Assembly (NCBI GenBank): GCA_013822265.1
Contig: PNKD01000004.1
Span: 9,183-73,182, forward strand
Source of the DNA: Leptothrix sp. (in: b-proteobacteria)
GTDB taxonomy: Bacteria > Pseudomonadota > Gammaproteobacteria > Burkholderiales > Burkholderiaceae_C
DNA length: 64,000 nt
Direction: 5' to 3'
Below the pieces are notes generated by a model, which made no database searches, was not told the origin of the DNA, and was given only the letters and a program-made list of their open reading frames with translations. Shown here piece by piece: positions 42,305 through 52,731 of this stretch (its first letter is position 1; each line of letters opens with the position of its first letter). Both the position numbers and the translations under genes were made by a program.

Positions 42305-43132
42305 TCAGCGCTGCAGCAGCTGCAGCACCTGCTGCGGCAACTGGTTGGCCTGCGCGACCATCGCCGTGCCGGCCTGCTGCAGGATCTGGGCGCGCGACAG
42401 GTTGGCGGTTTCCATCGCGAAGTCGGCGTCCATGATGCGGCCGCGTGCGGCCGACTGGTTCTCGGACGCAACCTGCAGCGTGGCGATGACGGCCTCGAAG
42501 CGGTTCTGCGTCGCGCCGTACTGCGCGCGCTCGCCGTTGACCAGGGTCAGCGCGGCGTCGATGTTGCCGAGTGCCGTGGTCGAGTTGGTGGCGTCCAGCA
42601 GGTCGCCGGTGGCGACGTTCGTGCTGGCGAGGCCCGTCACCAGATCGGCCGTGGTGATGATGATCTGGTCGCCGGCATCGGCACCGACTTGGAAGGTCTG
42701 CGCGCCCGAGTTGGCACCCAGGATGGCCAGGCCGTTGAATCGCGTGTTGCCCAGCGTGCGGTTGATTTCGTCGCTGAGCTGCTTGTACTCGGCGTCGAGG
42801 TTCTGCCGGTCGGCCGGGCCGTTGGTGGCGTTGGCGGACTGCACGGCCAGCTCACGCATGCGCTGCAGCATGTCGCCGACCTTGCCGATGGCGCCTTCGG
42901 CCGTCTGCGCCAGCGAAATGCCGTCGTTGGCGTTGCGGATGGCGACGTTCATGCCGCGTACCTGCGTCTGCATGCGGTCGGCGATGGCCAGCCCGGCAGC
43001 GTCGTCCTTGGCGGAGTTGACGCGCAGGCCGGAAGACAGCCTCTGCATCGAGGTCGCCAACGAGCCTTGGGACATGGACAGGTTGCGCTGGGCATTCAGC
43101 GATACCAGGTTCGTGTTGATCGTTTGTGCCAC
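42305..43132 (-). CDS. fliC: Flagellin (minimal, 275 aa)
   Basis: RLSSGLRVNSAKDDAAGLAI; RGRIMDADFAMETANLSRAQILQQAG. Confidence 0.96.
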   Translation of the reverse strand: MAQTINTNLVSLNAQRNLSMSQGSLATSMQRLSSGLRVNSAKDDAAGLAIADRMQTQVRGMNVAIRNANDGISLAQTAEGAIGKVGDMLQRMRELAVQSANATNGPADRQNLDAEYKQLSDEINRTLGNTRFNGLAILGANSGAQTFQVGADAGDQIIITTADLVTGLASTNVATGDLLDATNSTTALGNIDAALTLVNGERAQYGATQNRFEAVIATLQVASENQSAARGRIMDADFAMETANLSRAQILQQAGTAMVAQANQLPQQVLQLLQR

Positions 43133-43305
43133 GTCGGTTTCTCCGTGCGAGGGCTGAACTCAATCCGGTGCAAAGGAACCGGCTCCCGCAGGCCGGAGAG
43201 TTCATGTGCCTGCTGACTCCATTTTCGACAGACTTGTCCGGAGCGGTCGGTGGATATGAGGGCGTTTCGGCCGCCAAATGAACGCCGGGGCCACGCGGGG
43301 CCCCG

Positions 43306-43337
43306 GAAAAGCGCGACAGGGCCCGCAGGCCCTGTCG
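43306..43337 (-). terminator. Terminator-like hairpin between the two flagellins
   Basis: CGACAGGGCC-tgc-GGGCCCTGTCG followed by gcgCTTTT. Confidence 0.55.
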
Positions 43338-43380
43338 ATGTCTGGCGCGGGGCCGCCGGGGCCCCGCTGCGCCTGGGTCT

Positions 43381-44193
43381 TCAGCGGATGAGGCTGAGCA
43401 CCATCTGCGGCAGCTGGTTGGCCTGGGCCACCATCGCCGTGCCGGCCTGCTGCAGGATCTGGCTGCGCGACAGGTTGGCGGTTTCCGTCGCGAAGTCGGC
43501 GTCCATGATGCGGCCGCGTGCGGCGGCTTCGTTCTCGACGCTGACCTGCAGCGTGGAGATCACGGCATCGAAGCGGTTCTGCACGGCGCCGTAGGTCGCA
43601 CGCTCGGTGTTGATCGCCGACAGTGCGGTGTCCAAGGCCGTCAGGGCGGTGTTGGAGTTGGCGACGTCGAGGATGTCGCCACCGACCGCCACCGTGGCGC
43701 TCAGGTTGTTGGTCACCACGCCGATCTTGTCGCCGTTGTTCGCGCCGACCTGGAAGTCCAGCGTACCGGCGTCGGCGCCGAGGATTCGTTTGCCGTTGAA
43801 GCGCGTGTCCGTCACCGTGCGTGTGATTTCGGCCTGCAGCTGCGAGAACTCTTCGTTCAGGTTGATGCGGTCTGCAGTGCCGTTGGTGGCGTTGGCCGAC
43901 TGCACGGCCAGCTCACGCATGCGCTGCATCATGTCGCCCACCTTGCCGATGGCGCCTTCGGCGGTCTGCGCCAGCGAGATGGCGTCGTTGGCGTTGCGGA
44001 TGGCGACGGTGTTGCCACGCACTTGCGAATTCATGCGTTCGGCGATCGCCAGGCCGGCGGCATCGTCCTTGGCACTGTTGACACGCAGGCCCGAGGAGAG
44101 CCGTTGCATCGAGGTGGACAGGGACGACTGGCTCATGCCCAGGTTGCGCTGGGCGTTCAGGGAAACGGCATTCGTATTGATCGAGAGGGCCAT
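43381..44193 (-). CDS. fliC: Flagellin (minimal, 270 aa)
   Basis: MALSINTN...RLSSGLRVNSAKDDAAG; RGRIMDADFATETANL. Confidence 0.96.
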   Translation of the reverse strand: MALSINTNAVSLNAQRNLGMSQSSLSTSMQRLSSGLRVNSAKDDAAGLAIAERMNSQVRGNTVAIRNANDAISLAQTAEGAIGKVGDMMQRMRELAVQSANATNGTADRINLNEEFSQLQAEITRTVTDTRFNGKRILGADAGTLDFQVGANNGDKIGVVTNNLSATVAVGGDILDVANSNTALTALDTALSAINTERATYGAVQNRFDAVISTLQVSVENEAAARGRIMDADFATETANLSRSQILQQAGTAMVAQANQLPQMVLSLIR

Positions 44194-44433
44194 GGATAGC
44201 TCCAAAGGTTGATGACCACAGGCATATGCCTGGCAGGCTCCGCAGTCGGGACATCGTTCAGCACGGTGCCTGCCTGCAACTCCACCGGTTTGCCGCCCAA
44301 GGGCGACGCACCGCCGGAACTCGCCCGGGCCGTCATCGGTACCGGGAGTTCCTGCCCTTCTCGAGTCGGGCAAGACCCCGTGACCTGTGTTGGTCCGGAC
44401 CCCGCGCCCACTTCCGTGAGAGCGTTGAAGCCT

Positions 44434-44460
44434 TTTTCGTCTCGGGCCGGAAAACCTTTA
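44434..44460 (-). promoter_or_regulatory. Sigma-28 promoter for the upstream flagellin
   Basis: TAAAGGTT-N11-GACGAAAA. Confidence 0.7.
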
Positions 44461-44640
44461 GGCCTTTGCAAGTCGGGCTGCAGACTGTCTCGAAGAAGAA
44501 CGGTGCAGGAAGCCGGCATTTCGGTGCTTTGAGCCAATACCTGAGCGACTTCGGGTGGCGCCTTGCGGGCCGGGGGCGAACGCTGCGTGAGCGGCAGGCA
44601 GGCAGACCCGTGGCCGCTGCACAGCCGCTACAGTGGATGC

Positions 44641-45645
44641 GTGAACACTCTGCCGACCTTTGACGCGACGGCGGCCTGCGGCGGCGGCCCGGCCCTGCCG
44701 GTGTCGCCCGCCGACATCGCCGCGGCGGCGCAGCGCATCGCGGGCCACGTGTGGCGCACGCCCTTGCTGCGCCTGCCCGGCGCGGTGCTGGGCGTCGATG
44801 TCGCCGAACTGTGGCTGAAGCTCGAGCACCTGCAGCGTGGCGGCAGCTTCAAGGCGCGCGGCATGTTCAACCGCATGCTGGCGCAGCCCATCCCGGCTGC
44901 GGGCGTGGTGGTGGCCTCGGGCGGCAATGCCGGCATCGCGGTGGCCACTGCCGCGCGGGCTCTGGGCGTGCATTGCGAGGTCTTTCTGCCCGGCAACAGC
45001 ACGCCGGCCAAGCGCGCCGCGCTGGCGGCGCTGGGCGCGGCGGTGCAGGTGCAGGGCGCCGCCTATGCCGATGCGCTGGCGGCCTGCCTGCAGCGCCAGG
45101 CCGCCAGCGGCGCCTTGCTGATGCACGCCTACGACCAGGCCGAGGTGGTGGCCGGCGCCGGCACGCTGGCCGCCGAGATCGAGGCCCAGGCCGGCGGGCT
45201 GCCCGACAGGCTGCTGGTCAGCGTCGGCGGTGGTGGCCTCGTCGCCGGCCTGGCGGCAGGTTTCGAAGGGCGCACCCGGGTCGAGGCGCTGGAGCCCACG
45301 GGTTCACCGACGCTGCACGCCGCGCGCGAGGCCGGCGAGCCGGTGGACGTGGCCGTGAGCGGGGTCGCTGCCGACGCGCTGGGCGCGCGGCGCATCGGCG
45401 CCGTCGCGTGGCCGATCTGCCAGCGCCTGGTGGCGGCGGCGCACCTCGTGCCCGATGCCGCCATCGTCGCCGCGCAGCAGGCGTTGTGGCGCGAACTGCG
45501 CCTGGCCGTGGAGCCCGCCGCGGCGCTGGGCCTGGCGGCGCTGGCCTGCGGCGTGGTGCGACCGCAGCCGCACGAGCGCGTGGCGCTGGTGCTGTGCGGC
45601 GCGAACTTCGACCCGGCCTCGTTGACCGTCCCGGCCCGCGCCTGA
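44641..45645 (+). CDS. Threonine/serine dehydratase family PLP enzyme
   Basis: GSFKARG, SGGNAG, VGGGGL, VEPAAA; GTG start 6 nt after TACAGT. Confidence 0.88.
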   Translation: MNTLPTFDATAACGGGPALPVSPADIAAAAQRIAGHVWRTPLLRLPGAVLGVDVAELWLKLEHLQRGGSFKARGMFNRMLAQPIPAAGVVVASGGNAGIAVATAARALGVHCEVFLPGNSTPAKRAALAALGAAVQVQGAAYADALAACLQRQAASGALLMHAYDQAEVVAGAGTLAAEIEAQAGGLPDRLLVSVGGGGLVAGLAAGFEGRTRVEALEPTGSPTLHAAREAGEPVDVAVSGVAADALGARRIGAVAWPICQRLVAAAHLVPDAAIVAAQQALWRELRLAVEPAAALGLAALACGVVRPQPHERVALVLCGANFDPASLTVPARA

Positions 45646-45687
45646 ACCCCGGCGCCCGGGCGCTGTGTCGGCGCCCTGGCGCCGGTG

Positions 45688-46641
45688 CTACTTCAGGCCC
45701 AGAAAGGCCTTCACCGGCACCACGCTGCGCGCCGGGTCTTCTTCATGCGGCACATGGCCCAGGGTGTCGAAGACCACGAACTGGCTGCCGGCGATGCGCT
45801 GATTGAACTGGCGCCCGACCGCGGGCGGGATGAGCCTGTCGCGCCCGCCCCAGAGGATGAGCGTGGGCTGCGCCAGCGCGCCGACCTTGTCGAAACCCTC
45901 GCCCACCACCAGGTGCTGCATGCGCATCGCCAGCGCGCGCCGGTTGCCTTCGCGCAGCGCGAGTTCGAAGTAGCGGTCGACCAGCTCGCTGCTCACGCGG
46001 GCCGGGTCGCCGTAGACGCTGGCCAGCCCCTGCGCCACCAGCGATCTCGGCAGCACCCACTCGCTGACGCGGTTGAGCACCGGCACGCGCGCGATCATGA
46101 AGCCCAGCGGCATGTCCTCGGGTGTGAAGGCCGGCCCCAGCGCATCGACCAGCACCAGGCTGGCCACGCGCTCGGGTGCCAGCACGGCGGTGCGCCACGC
46201 CACCTCGCCGCCCAGCGAATTGCCGCCCAGCGCCACGCGCGGCAGTTCGAGCGTGTCGAGCAGGTCGACGACAAAGCGCGCATAGGTGTCGCCGCGGTAG
46301 TCGTCGGGCGTGTAGCGGCCGGCAAAGGGCCCGGTGAGGCCGAAGCCCGGCAGGTCGAAGGTGATGACGCGCCGCTGGCCCTTCAGCGCCTTGACCCAGC
46401 CTTCCCAGGTGTGCAGGCTGGCCGAGGTGCCGTGGATCAGCACCAGCGGCAGCGGGTCGTCTCGCGGGCCCTCGTCGCGCAGGTGCACGACCTGGCCGCC
46501 GACCTCGATGAAATCCGACGGCGCCGGCGCCCAGCGGGCGACCAGCGTCTGCACCGGGCGATCGGGCGCGCGCGACAGCGCCAGGCCCAGGGCGGTGGCC
46601 ATCAGCAGCACGCCGACGAGGCGCAACACCCAATTCGTCAT
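45688..46641 (-). CDS. Alpha/beta-fold hydrolase
   Basis: LIHGTSASLHTW, DLPGFGLT, GNSLGG, WGGRDRLI, GHVPHEE. Confidence 0.9.
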   Translation of the reverse strand: MTNWVLRLVGVLLMATALGLALSRAPDRPVQTLVARWAPAPSDFIEVGGQVVHLRDEGPRDDPLPLVLIHGTSASLHTWEGWVKALKGQRRVITFDLPGFGLTGPFAGRYTPDDYRGDTYARFVVDLLDTLELPRVALGGNSLGGEVAWRTAVLAPERVASLVLVDALGPAFTPEDMPLGFMIARVPVLNRVSEWVLPRSLVAQGLASVYGDPARVSSELVDRYFELALREGNRRALAMRMQHLVVGEGFDKVGALAQPTLILWGGRDRLIPPAVGRQFNQRIAGSQFVVFDTLGHVPHEEDPARSVVPVKAFLGLK

Positions 46642-46748
46642 CGGCGGGACTTCACGACGGTGGCGGGCAAGGCGGGCGCGGGCACGCCGGCATTGTAGGC
46701 AGGCGGGCGTGCCGCCAAGCCCGTAGGCCCGCTCTCTAGAATGCCGCG

Positions 46749-49700
46749 ATGAGCTTCGTCCACCTGCGCACCCACACCGAATACGCCGTCGTCGACGGCA
46801 CCCTGCGCATCGCCGCCGCCGCCGCCGCGGCACGCGCCGACGGCCAGCCGGCGCTGGCCATCACCGACCTCAACAACCTCTTCGGCGCCGTCAAGTTCTA
46901 CAGTGCCTGCCGTGGCGCCGGCGTGCAGCCGCTGATCGGCGCCGACCTCATCATGGAGCCGGTGCCCGGCGTTTCGGGCGCCGAGAAGCAGACCAGCCGG
47001 CTCTTGCTGCTGGTGCAGAACACCCAGGGCTACCTCAACCTGTGCGAGCTGATCGCCCGCGGCTGGGTGAGCAACGCCCAGCGCGCGCAGGCCTGGATCA
47101 AGTGGGAGTGGCTGGACGAACTGGCCGGCGGCCTGATCGCGCTGAGTGGCGCCGATATGGGCGCGGTGGGCCTGGCGCTGCTGGCCGGCGACGACGATCG
47201 CGCAGCGGCCACGGCGCGGCGGCTGGCGGGCGTCTTCGCGGGGCGCTTCTACCTCGAGGTGCAGCGCGCCGGCCTGCCCACCAACGACGAACACGTGCGC
47301 GCCGCGGCCGTGCTGGCGGCCAGGCTGCGGCTGCCGCTGGTGGCCACGCACCCGGTGCAGTTCCTGCACGCCGAGGACTTCGACGCCCACGAGGCGCGCG
47401 TGTGCATCGCCGAGGGCGAGACGCTGGCCAACCCGCGGCGCATCAAGCGCTTCACGCGCGACCAGTACTTCAAGACCCAGGCCGAGATGCAGCTGCTCTT
47501 TGCCGACCTGCCCAGCGCGCTGGCCCACACGCTGGAGATCGCGCGGCGCTGCCACCTGGAACTGGTGCTGGGCAAGCCGCAGCTGCCCGACTTTCCCACG
47601 CCGCTGGTCGAAGGCGGCGAGCCGGGCCAGCGCATGCCCATCGAAGCCTACTTCCGCCAGGCCTCGCACGAGGGCCTCGAGAAGCGCCTGGCGGCGCTGT
47701 TCCCGGACGCGGCGCGGCGCGGCCAGGAGCGCCCGCGCTACGTCGAGCGGCTCGAGTTCGAGCTCGACACCATCGTCAAGATGGGCTTCCCGGGCTACTT
47801 CCTCATCGTCTCGGACTTCATCGTCTGGGCCAAGGACAACGGCTGCCCGGTGGGGCCGGGGCGGGGTTCGGGCGCCGGTTCGTTGGTGGCCTACGCGCTC
47901 TTCATCACCGACCTCGACCCGCTGTACTACAAGCTGCTGTTCGAACGCTTCCTGAACCCCGAACGGGTGTCGATGCCCGACTTCGACATCGACTTCTGCC
48001 AGGCCAACCGCGACCGCGTCATCGAGTACGTCAAGGACAAGTACGGTCGCGAGGCGGTGAGCCAGATCGCCACCTTCGGCACCATGGCCAGCAAGGCCGC
48101 GCTGCGCGACGTGGGGCGCGTGCTGGGCATGGGCTACGGCCATGTCGACAGTGTCGCCAAGCTGGTGCCCGGGCTGCCCGGCAAGACCTACACGCTGGCA
48201 CCGCTGCCGCTGCCGCCCGAGCGGCCCGACCCGGGCCTGATCTACGTGCGCCAGGAGGTGCCCGAACTCGAGCAGCGCGAGGCCGCCGAGGAAGAGGTGG
48301 CCGAGCTGCTGAGCCTGGCCACGCGCGTCGAAGGTCTGGTGCGCAACGTCGGCATGCACGCCGGCGGCGTGCTCATCGCGCCGGGCAAGATCACCGACTT
48401 CTGCCCGCTGTACCAGCAGCCCGGCAGCGACAGCGCGGTGAGCCAGTACGACAAGGACGACGTCGAGGCCATCGGGCTGGTGAAGTTCGACTTCCTGGGG
48501 CTGGCCACGCTGACCATCCTGGAACTCGCCAAGAACTTCATCCGTGCCCGCCGCAAGGGGCGCGAGGACTTCAACTACGAGGCGCTGCCGCTGGACGACG
48601 CGCGCGTCTACAAGCTCTTTGCCGACGGCCTGACCGAAGCCGTGTTCCAGTTCGAAAGCCGCGGTATGCAGGGCATGCTGCGCGAGGCCCGGCCGGGGCG
48701 GCTGGAAGACCTGATCGCGCTCAACGCCATGTTCCGGCCGGGGCCGATGGAGAACATCCCCAGCTTCTGCGCGCGCAAGAACGGCAAGGAAGCCATCGTC
48801 TACCCGCACCCGCTGCTGGCCCCGGTGCTCGACGAGACCTACGGCATCTTCGTCTACCAGGAGCAGGTGATGCAGTCGGCGCAGGTGATGGGCGGCTTCT
48901 CGCTCGGCGGCGCCGACCTGCTGCGCCGCGCCATGGGCAAGAAGAAGCCCGAGGAAATGGCCAAGTACCGCGGCCTGTTCCGCGAGGGCGCGGCGGCCAA
49001 GGGCATAGGCCCCGAGAAGGCCGACGAGGTCTTCGACCTGATGGAGAAGTTCGCGGGCTACGGCTTCAACAAGAGCCACGCCGCGGCCTACTCGTTGCTG
49101 GCCTATCACACGGCCTGGATCAAGGTGCACTGCACGGCGGAGTTCTATGCCGCCAACATGACCATCGAAGCCGACAACACCGACAAGCTCAAGGTGCTGC
49201 TGGCCGACGCCAAGCTCTTCGGCGTGGGTTTCGAGGCGCCCGACATCAACCGCGGCGTGCACCGCTTCGAGCCCATCGACGACCGCACCGTGCGCTACGG
49301 CCTGGGCGCCGTGAAGGGCACGGGGCAGGGTGCCATCGAGGCCGTCGTCGCGGCGCGCGAGGGCCATGGTTCGCACGAGGGCGAGGGGGGCGGGCCCTTC
49401 CGCAGCCTGTTCGACTTCTGCGCCCGCGTCGACCGCAAGGCCGTCAACAAGCGCGCGGTGGAGGCACTGGTCAAGGCCGGGGCCTTCGACCTCCTGCATG
49501 GGGACCGCGCCAGCCTGCTGGCCAGCGTCGGCCTGGCCTTCGAGTGGGCCGAGACGCAGGAGGCCAACGCGCTGCAGGGCGGCCTGTTCGACATGGGCGA
49601 CGGCCACGGCAGCAGCACGCAGGAGCCGGCGCTGGTGCACGTGGCGCCCTGGGACATCCGCGAGCGCCTGGTGCAGGAGAAGACGGCGCTGGGCTTCTAC

Positions 49701-50306
49701 CTCTCGGGCCACCTGTTCGACGCCTGGAAGGACGAGGTGCGCCGCTTCGTGCGCCGCGACATGGCCGAACTGGTGGACAGCCGCGAACCGCAGGTGCTGG
49801 CCGGCATCGTGACCGACCCGCGCGCCATCACCGGGCAGCGCGGGCGTGTCGTGATGTTCAAGCTCGACGACGGCTCCGAGGCCATCGAGGCCGTGGCGCC
49901 CGACGAGATCTTCGCCGAGCGCCGCGACCTCATGGCCGAGGACCAGCTGCTCATCGTGCAGGGCAAGCTGCAGCCCGACCGCTTCACGGGCGGGCTGCGG
50001 CTGAACGTGACCGCGGTGTGGGACCTGGCGGCGGCACGCGCCCGTTTTGGCCGTTACCTCTGGGTGGCCGTCAACGGCACGCCGCCGCCGGTGGCCGACG
50101 TGCTGCGGCTGTGGCCGGCGCGTCGGGTCGAGAGTGAGTTCGGTGCGCTGGTGCAGGGCCTGCCCATACGCCTGCGCCTGCAGCGCGCCGACGCGGCGGC
50201 CGAGATCGACCTCGGCGACGACGCCCGCTTCTGGCCCTGCGACGAAGCGCTGGGCCGCTGGCGCAGCATCGCCCAGGGCGGCGCGGCGGCAATTGTGTAT
50301 GAATGA
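46749..50306 (+). CDS. dnaE: DNA polymerase III alpha subunit
   Basis: FVHLRTHTEY, GPGRGSGAGS, PERVSMPDFDIDF, YGFNKSHAAAY. Confidence 0.97.
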   Translation: MSFVHLRTHTEYAVVDGTLRIAAAAAAARADGQPALAITDLNNLFGAVKFYSACRGAGVQPLIGADLIMEPVPGVSGAEKQTSRLLLLVQNTQGYLNLCELIARGWVSNAQRAQAWIKWEWLDELAGGLIALSGADMGAVGLALLAGDDDRAAATARRLAGVFAGRFYLEVQRAGLPTNDEHVRAAAVLAARLRLPLVATHPVQFLHAEDFDAHEARVCIAEGETLANPRRIKRFTRDQYFKTQAEMQLLFADLPSALAHTLEIARRCHLELVLGKPQLPDFPTPLVEGGEPGQRMPIEAYFRQASHEGLEKRLAALFPDAARRGQERPRYVERLEFELDTIVKMGFPGYFLIVSDFIVWAKDNGCPVGPGRGSGAGSLVAYALFITDLDPLYYKLLFERFLNPERVSMPDFDIDFCQANRDRVIEYVKDKYGREAVSQIATFGTMASKAALRDVGRVLGMGYGHVDSVAKLVPGLPGKTYTLAPLPLPPERPDPGLIYVRQEVPELEQREAAEEEVAELLSLATRVEGLVRNVGMHAGGVLIAPGKITDFCPLYQQPGSDSAVSQYDKDDVEAIGLVKFDFLGLATLTILELAKNFIRARRKGREDFNYEALPLDDARVYKLFADGLTEAVFQFESRGMQGMLREARPGRLEDLIALNAMFRPGPMENIPSFCARKNGKEAIVYPHPLLAPVLDETYGIFVYQEQVMQSAQVMGGFSLGGADLLRRAMGKKKPEEMAKYRGLFREGAAAKGIGPEKADEVFDLMEKFAGYGFNKSHAAAYSLLAYHTAWIKVHCTAEFYAANMTIEADNTDKLKVLLADAKLFGVGFEAPDINRGVHRFEPIDDRTVRYGLGAVKGTGQGAIEAVVAAREGHGSHEGEGGGPFRSLFDFCARVDRKAVNKRAVEALVKAGAFDLLHGDRASLLASVGLAFEWAETQEANALQGGLFDMGDGHGSSTQEPALVHVAPWDIRERLVQEKTALGFYLSGHLFDAWKDEVRRFVRRDMAELVDSREPQVLAGIVTDPRAITGQRGRVVMFKLDDGSEAIEAVAPDEIFAERRDLMAEDQLLIVQGKLQPDRFTGGLRLNVTAVWDLAAARARFGRYLWVAVNGTPPPVADVLRLWPARRVESEFGALVQGLPIRLRLQRADAAAEIDLGDDARFWPCDEALGRWRSIAQGGAAAIVYE

Positions 50307-50383
50307 AAAGGCGGGCCTTGCCTGACATCCGGGGCGGCCGTTCGCGCGTTCAATGCAGTGTCCGACAACCCGAGGTGAATCCG

Positions 50384-50794
50384 ATGAAGAAACTGATCTG
50401 CGCCGCCTTCCTTGCCGCTGCCGCGCCGGCGTTCGCCGCCGAGGTCGGCGTGTCCATACAGATCAGCGAGCCCGGCGTCTACGGCCGCATCGACATCGGC
50501 CGCTTCCCGCAGCCCCAGGTGGTGGTGGCGCAGCCGGTGATCATCCAGCGCCCGGCCGTGGTCGTGGCGCGGCCCGAGCCGGTCTATCTGTGGGTGCCGC
50601 CTGGCCACCGCCAGAACTGGAAGAGGCACTGCCGCGAGTACGGCGCCTGCGGCGTGCCGGTTTACTTCGTCAGGGACGACTGGTACGAGCGCAAGGTCAA
50701 GGGTCACGACCGGCGTGATGACCGGCGTGACGACCGGCGCGACGACCACGGCCAGGGCAAGGGCCACGGCAAGGGCCACGACAAGCGGGACTGA
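50384..50794 (+). CDS. Secreted hypothetical protein with His/Asp/Arg-rich repeat tail
   Basis: Signal peptide; PGVYGRIDIG, YLWVPPGH...W; tail DRRDDRRDDRRDDHGQGKGHGKGH. Confidence 0.75.
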   Translation: MKKLICAAFLAAAAPAFAAEVGVSIQISEPGVYGRIDIGRFPQPQVVVAQPVIIQRPAVVVARPEPVYLWVPPGHRQNWKRHCREYGACGVPVYFVRDDWYERKVKGHDRRDDRRDDRRDDHGQGKGHGKGHDKRD

Positions 50795-50885
50795 GGTTCT
50801 GCCGCCGCCGCCCACGCGCGGCGGCGGCTGGCAATGACGTTTGCCCGGGCCATCGCGGCCCGAATGCGGCGCTAGAGTCGCGGGC

Positions 50886-52142
50886 ATGCACGAAACCCCC
50901 CTGACGGCGCTGGTGCTCAGCGGCGGCGGCGCCCGCGCCGCCTACCAGGTCGGCGTGCTGCGCGCCCTGGTGCGCATCCGGCGCGACGCGCTGGGGCCGG
51001 TGGCGCGGATGCGTTCGCCGTTCGGCGTCATCTGCGGCACCTCGGCCGGGGCCATCAACGCCGCGGCCCTGGCCTGCAATGCCGACCGCTTCGAGGCGGC
51101 CGTCGAGGTGGTCGGCCGGGTCTGGCAGCACTTTCGCGCCGAGCAGGTCTATCGCACCGATTCGCTGGGCGTCATACGCACCGGCGCGCAGTGGCTCACG
51201 ATGATGTCCATCGGCTGGGTCATCGCGCGCTGGCGGCGGGCGCGGCCCCGCTCGCTGCTCGACAACGCGCCGCTGGCCGAACTGCTGCATCGCCTGGTGC
51301 CCCTGCACCGCCTGCCGCTGATGCTGGAGCAGGGCCACCTGCATGCGCTGGCCGTCACGGCGTCGAGCTACACCAGCGGCGAACACTACACCTTCTTCGA
51401 CGCCGCGCACCCCATCGTGCCCTGGGAACGATCGCAGCGCGTGTCGGTGTCGGGGCGGCTGACGCACGACCATCTGCTGGCTTCGTCGGCCATACCGTTC
51501 GTGTTCCCTGCCAAACGCATCGCCGTCGAAGGGGATGCGACGCGCGGCAGCTGGTTCGGCGACGGCTCGATGCGCCAGACGGCGCCGCTCTCGCCCGCCG
51601 TGCACCTGGGGGCCCAGCGCCTGTTCATCGTCGGTGTCGGCCGCACGCAGGAGGCCAGGGACGGGCACGCCGACACCGATGAGTATCCGAACCTGGCGCA
51701 GATCGCCGGCCATGCGATGTCGAGCATCTTTCTGGATGCGCTGGCGGTGGACGTCGAGCGCATGAAGCGCATCAACCGCACGCTGGCCCTGCTGCCCGAT
51801 TCGGCGCTGGCCGACACGCCGCTGCGGCCTCTGGAGGCGCTGGTCATCTCGCCGTCGCAGCGCCTCGACGACATCGCCGCGCGGCACCTGGGCGCCTTGC
51901 CGGCGCCGGTGCGCGCGCTGCTGCGTGGCGTGGGCGTGGGTGGCACGGGGGGGCAGGTGCGCGGGGCGGCACTTGCCAGCTACCTTCTGTTCGAGGCGCC
52001 GTACACGCAGGAACTGATGGCGCTGGGCGAGGCTGACACGCACGCCCGGCGCGACGAAGTGCTGCGTTTTTTCGCCTGGGACACGATGGTGGCCGGGCGT
52101 CGGCGCGGCGACGCCGGCGAGCCCGACCTCATGCTGCCCTGA
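50886..52142 (+). CDS. Patatin-like phospholipase
   Basis: GGGARAAYQVG, GTSAG, ASSAIPFVFP, DGS. Confidence 0.9.
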   Translation: MHETPLTALVLSGGGARAAYQVGVLRALVRIRRDALGPVARMRSPFGVICGTSAGAINAAALACNADRFEAAVEVVGRVWQHFRAEQVYRTDSLGVIRTGAQWLTMMSIGWVIARWRRARPRSLLDNAPLAELLHRLVPLHRLPLMLEQGHLHALAVTASSYTSGEHYTFFDAAHPIVPWERSQRVSVSGRLTHDHLLASSAIPFVFPAKRIAVEGDATRGSWFGDGSMRQTAPLSPAVHLGAQRLFIVGVGRTQEARDGHADTDEYPNLAQIAGHAMSSIFLDALAVDVERMKRINRTLALLPDSALADTPLRPLEALVISPSQRLDDIAARHLGALPAPVRALLRGVGVGGTGGQVRGAALASYLLFEAPYTQELMALGEADTHARRDEVLRFFAWDTMVAGRRRGDAGEPDLMLP

Positions 52143-52145
52143 GGC

Positions 52146-52511
52146 TCAGGCCGCGGGCTTCTCGGTCCTGGCGGCCTTCTCCGCCTTCTCGGCCTTCTTC
52201 GATTTCTTGCCCTCCTTGGCCGGCGCCGCCGCGGCGACGGACTTGGCGTCGAAGGCCGAGCCGCCCACGGTCAGGCCGCCCTTGGACAGCTTGGCCGCGT
52301 TGCCGGCGCCGATGCCGCCGACACGTTCGACGAGGTCGCCCCAGTCCTTGAAGCCGCCGGCCTTGCGGGCGTCGAGAATCTTGGCCGACAGGCCGGGGCC
52401 TATGCCCTTGACGGTCTCGAGGTCGGCGCGGCTGGCGTCGTTGGCATCGACGGCGGCGAAGGCGCTGAGTGCGAAGGCGGCCAGCAGGATGGCGAAGAAG
52501 TTGCGGATCAT
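52146..52511 (-). CDS. ComEA-like helix-hairpin-helix DNA-binding protein
   Basis: Signal peptide; VDANDASRADLETVKGIGP; VGGIG. Confidence 0.85.
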   Translation of the reverse strand: MIRNFFAILLAAFALSAFAAVDANDASRADLETVKGIGPGLSAKILDARKAGGFKDWGDLVERVGGIGAGNAAKLSKGGLTVGGSAFDAKSVAAAAPAKEGKKSKKAEKAEKAARTEKPAA

Positions 52512-52731
52512 GGTGGTTCTCCAATCAGTCTGGGTTGCGTTGCGAAGGGGCCCTGACGCCGACCCGGTGGGTCTGTGGCTTCGGGCTGGAACGCATTCTT
52601 CGCAGCGGCACCCATGGCGTCATTCCCCCGCGGCGGGGCAAGGCGGGGGCCCCTGTTCGGGGCATCTTCGACACCCCCGGAAGGTGGCCGGCGCGGCGCC
52701 GCGGCGCGCAGCCGGCGCCTTCAGCGGCCGC

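Noticed and set aside
44240-44310. GGCAAACC suggesting a c-di-GMP-I (GEMM) riboswitch in the flagellin leader
   Set aside because: The required GAAA tetraloop and following GG-GACGCAAAGC elements are missing
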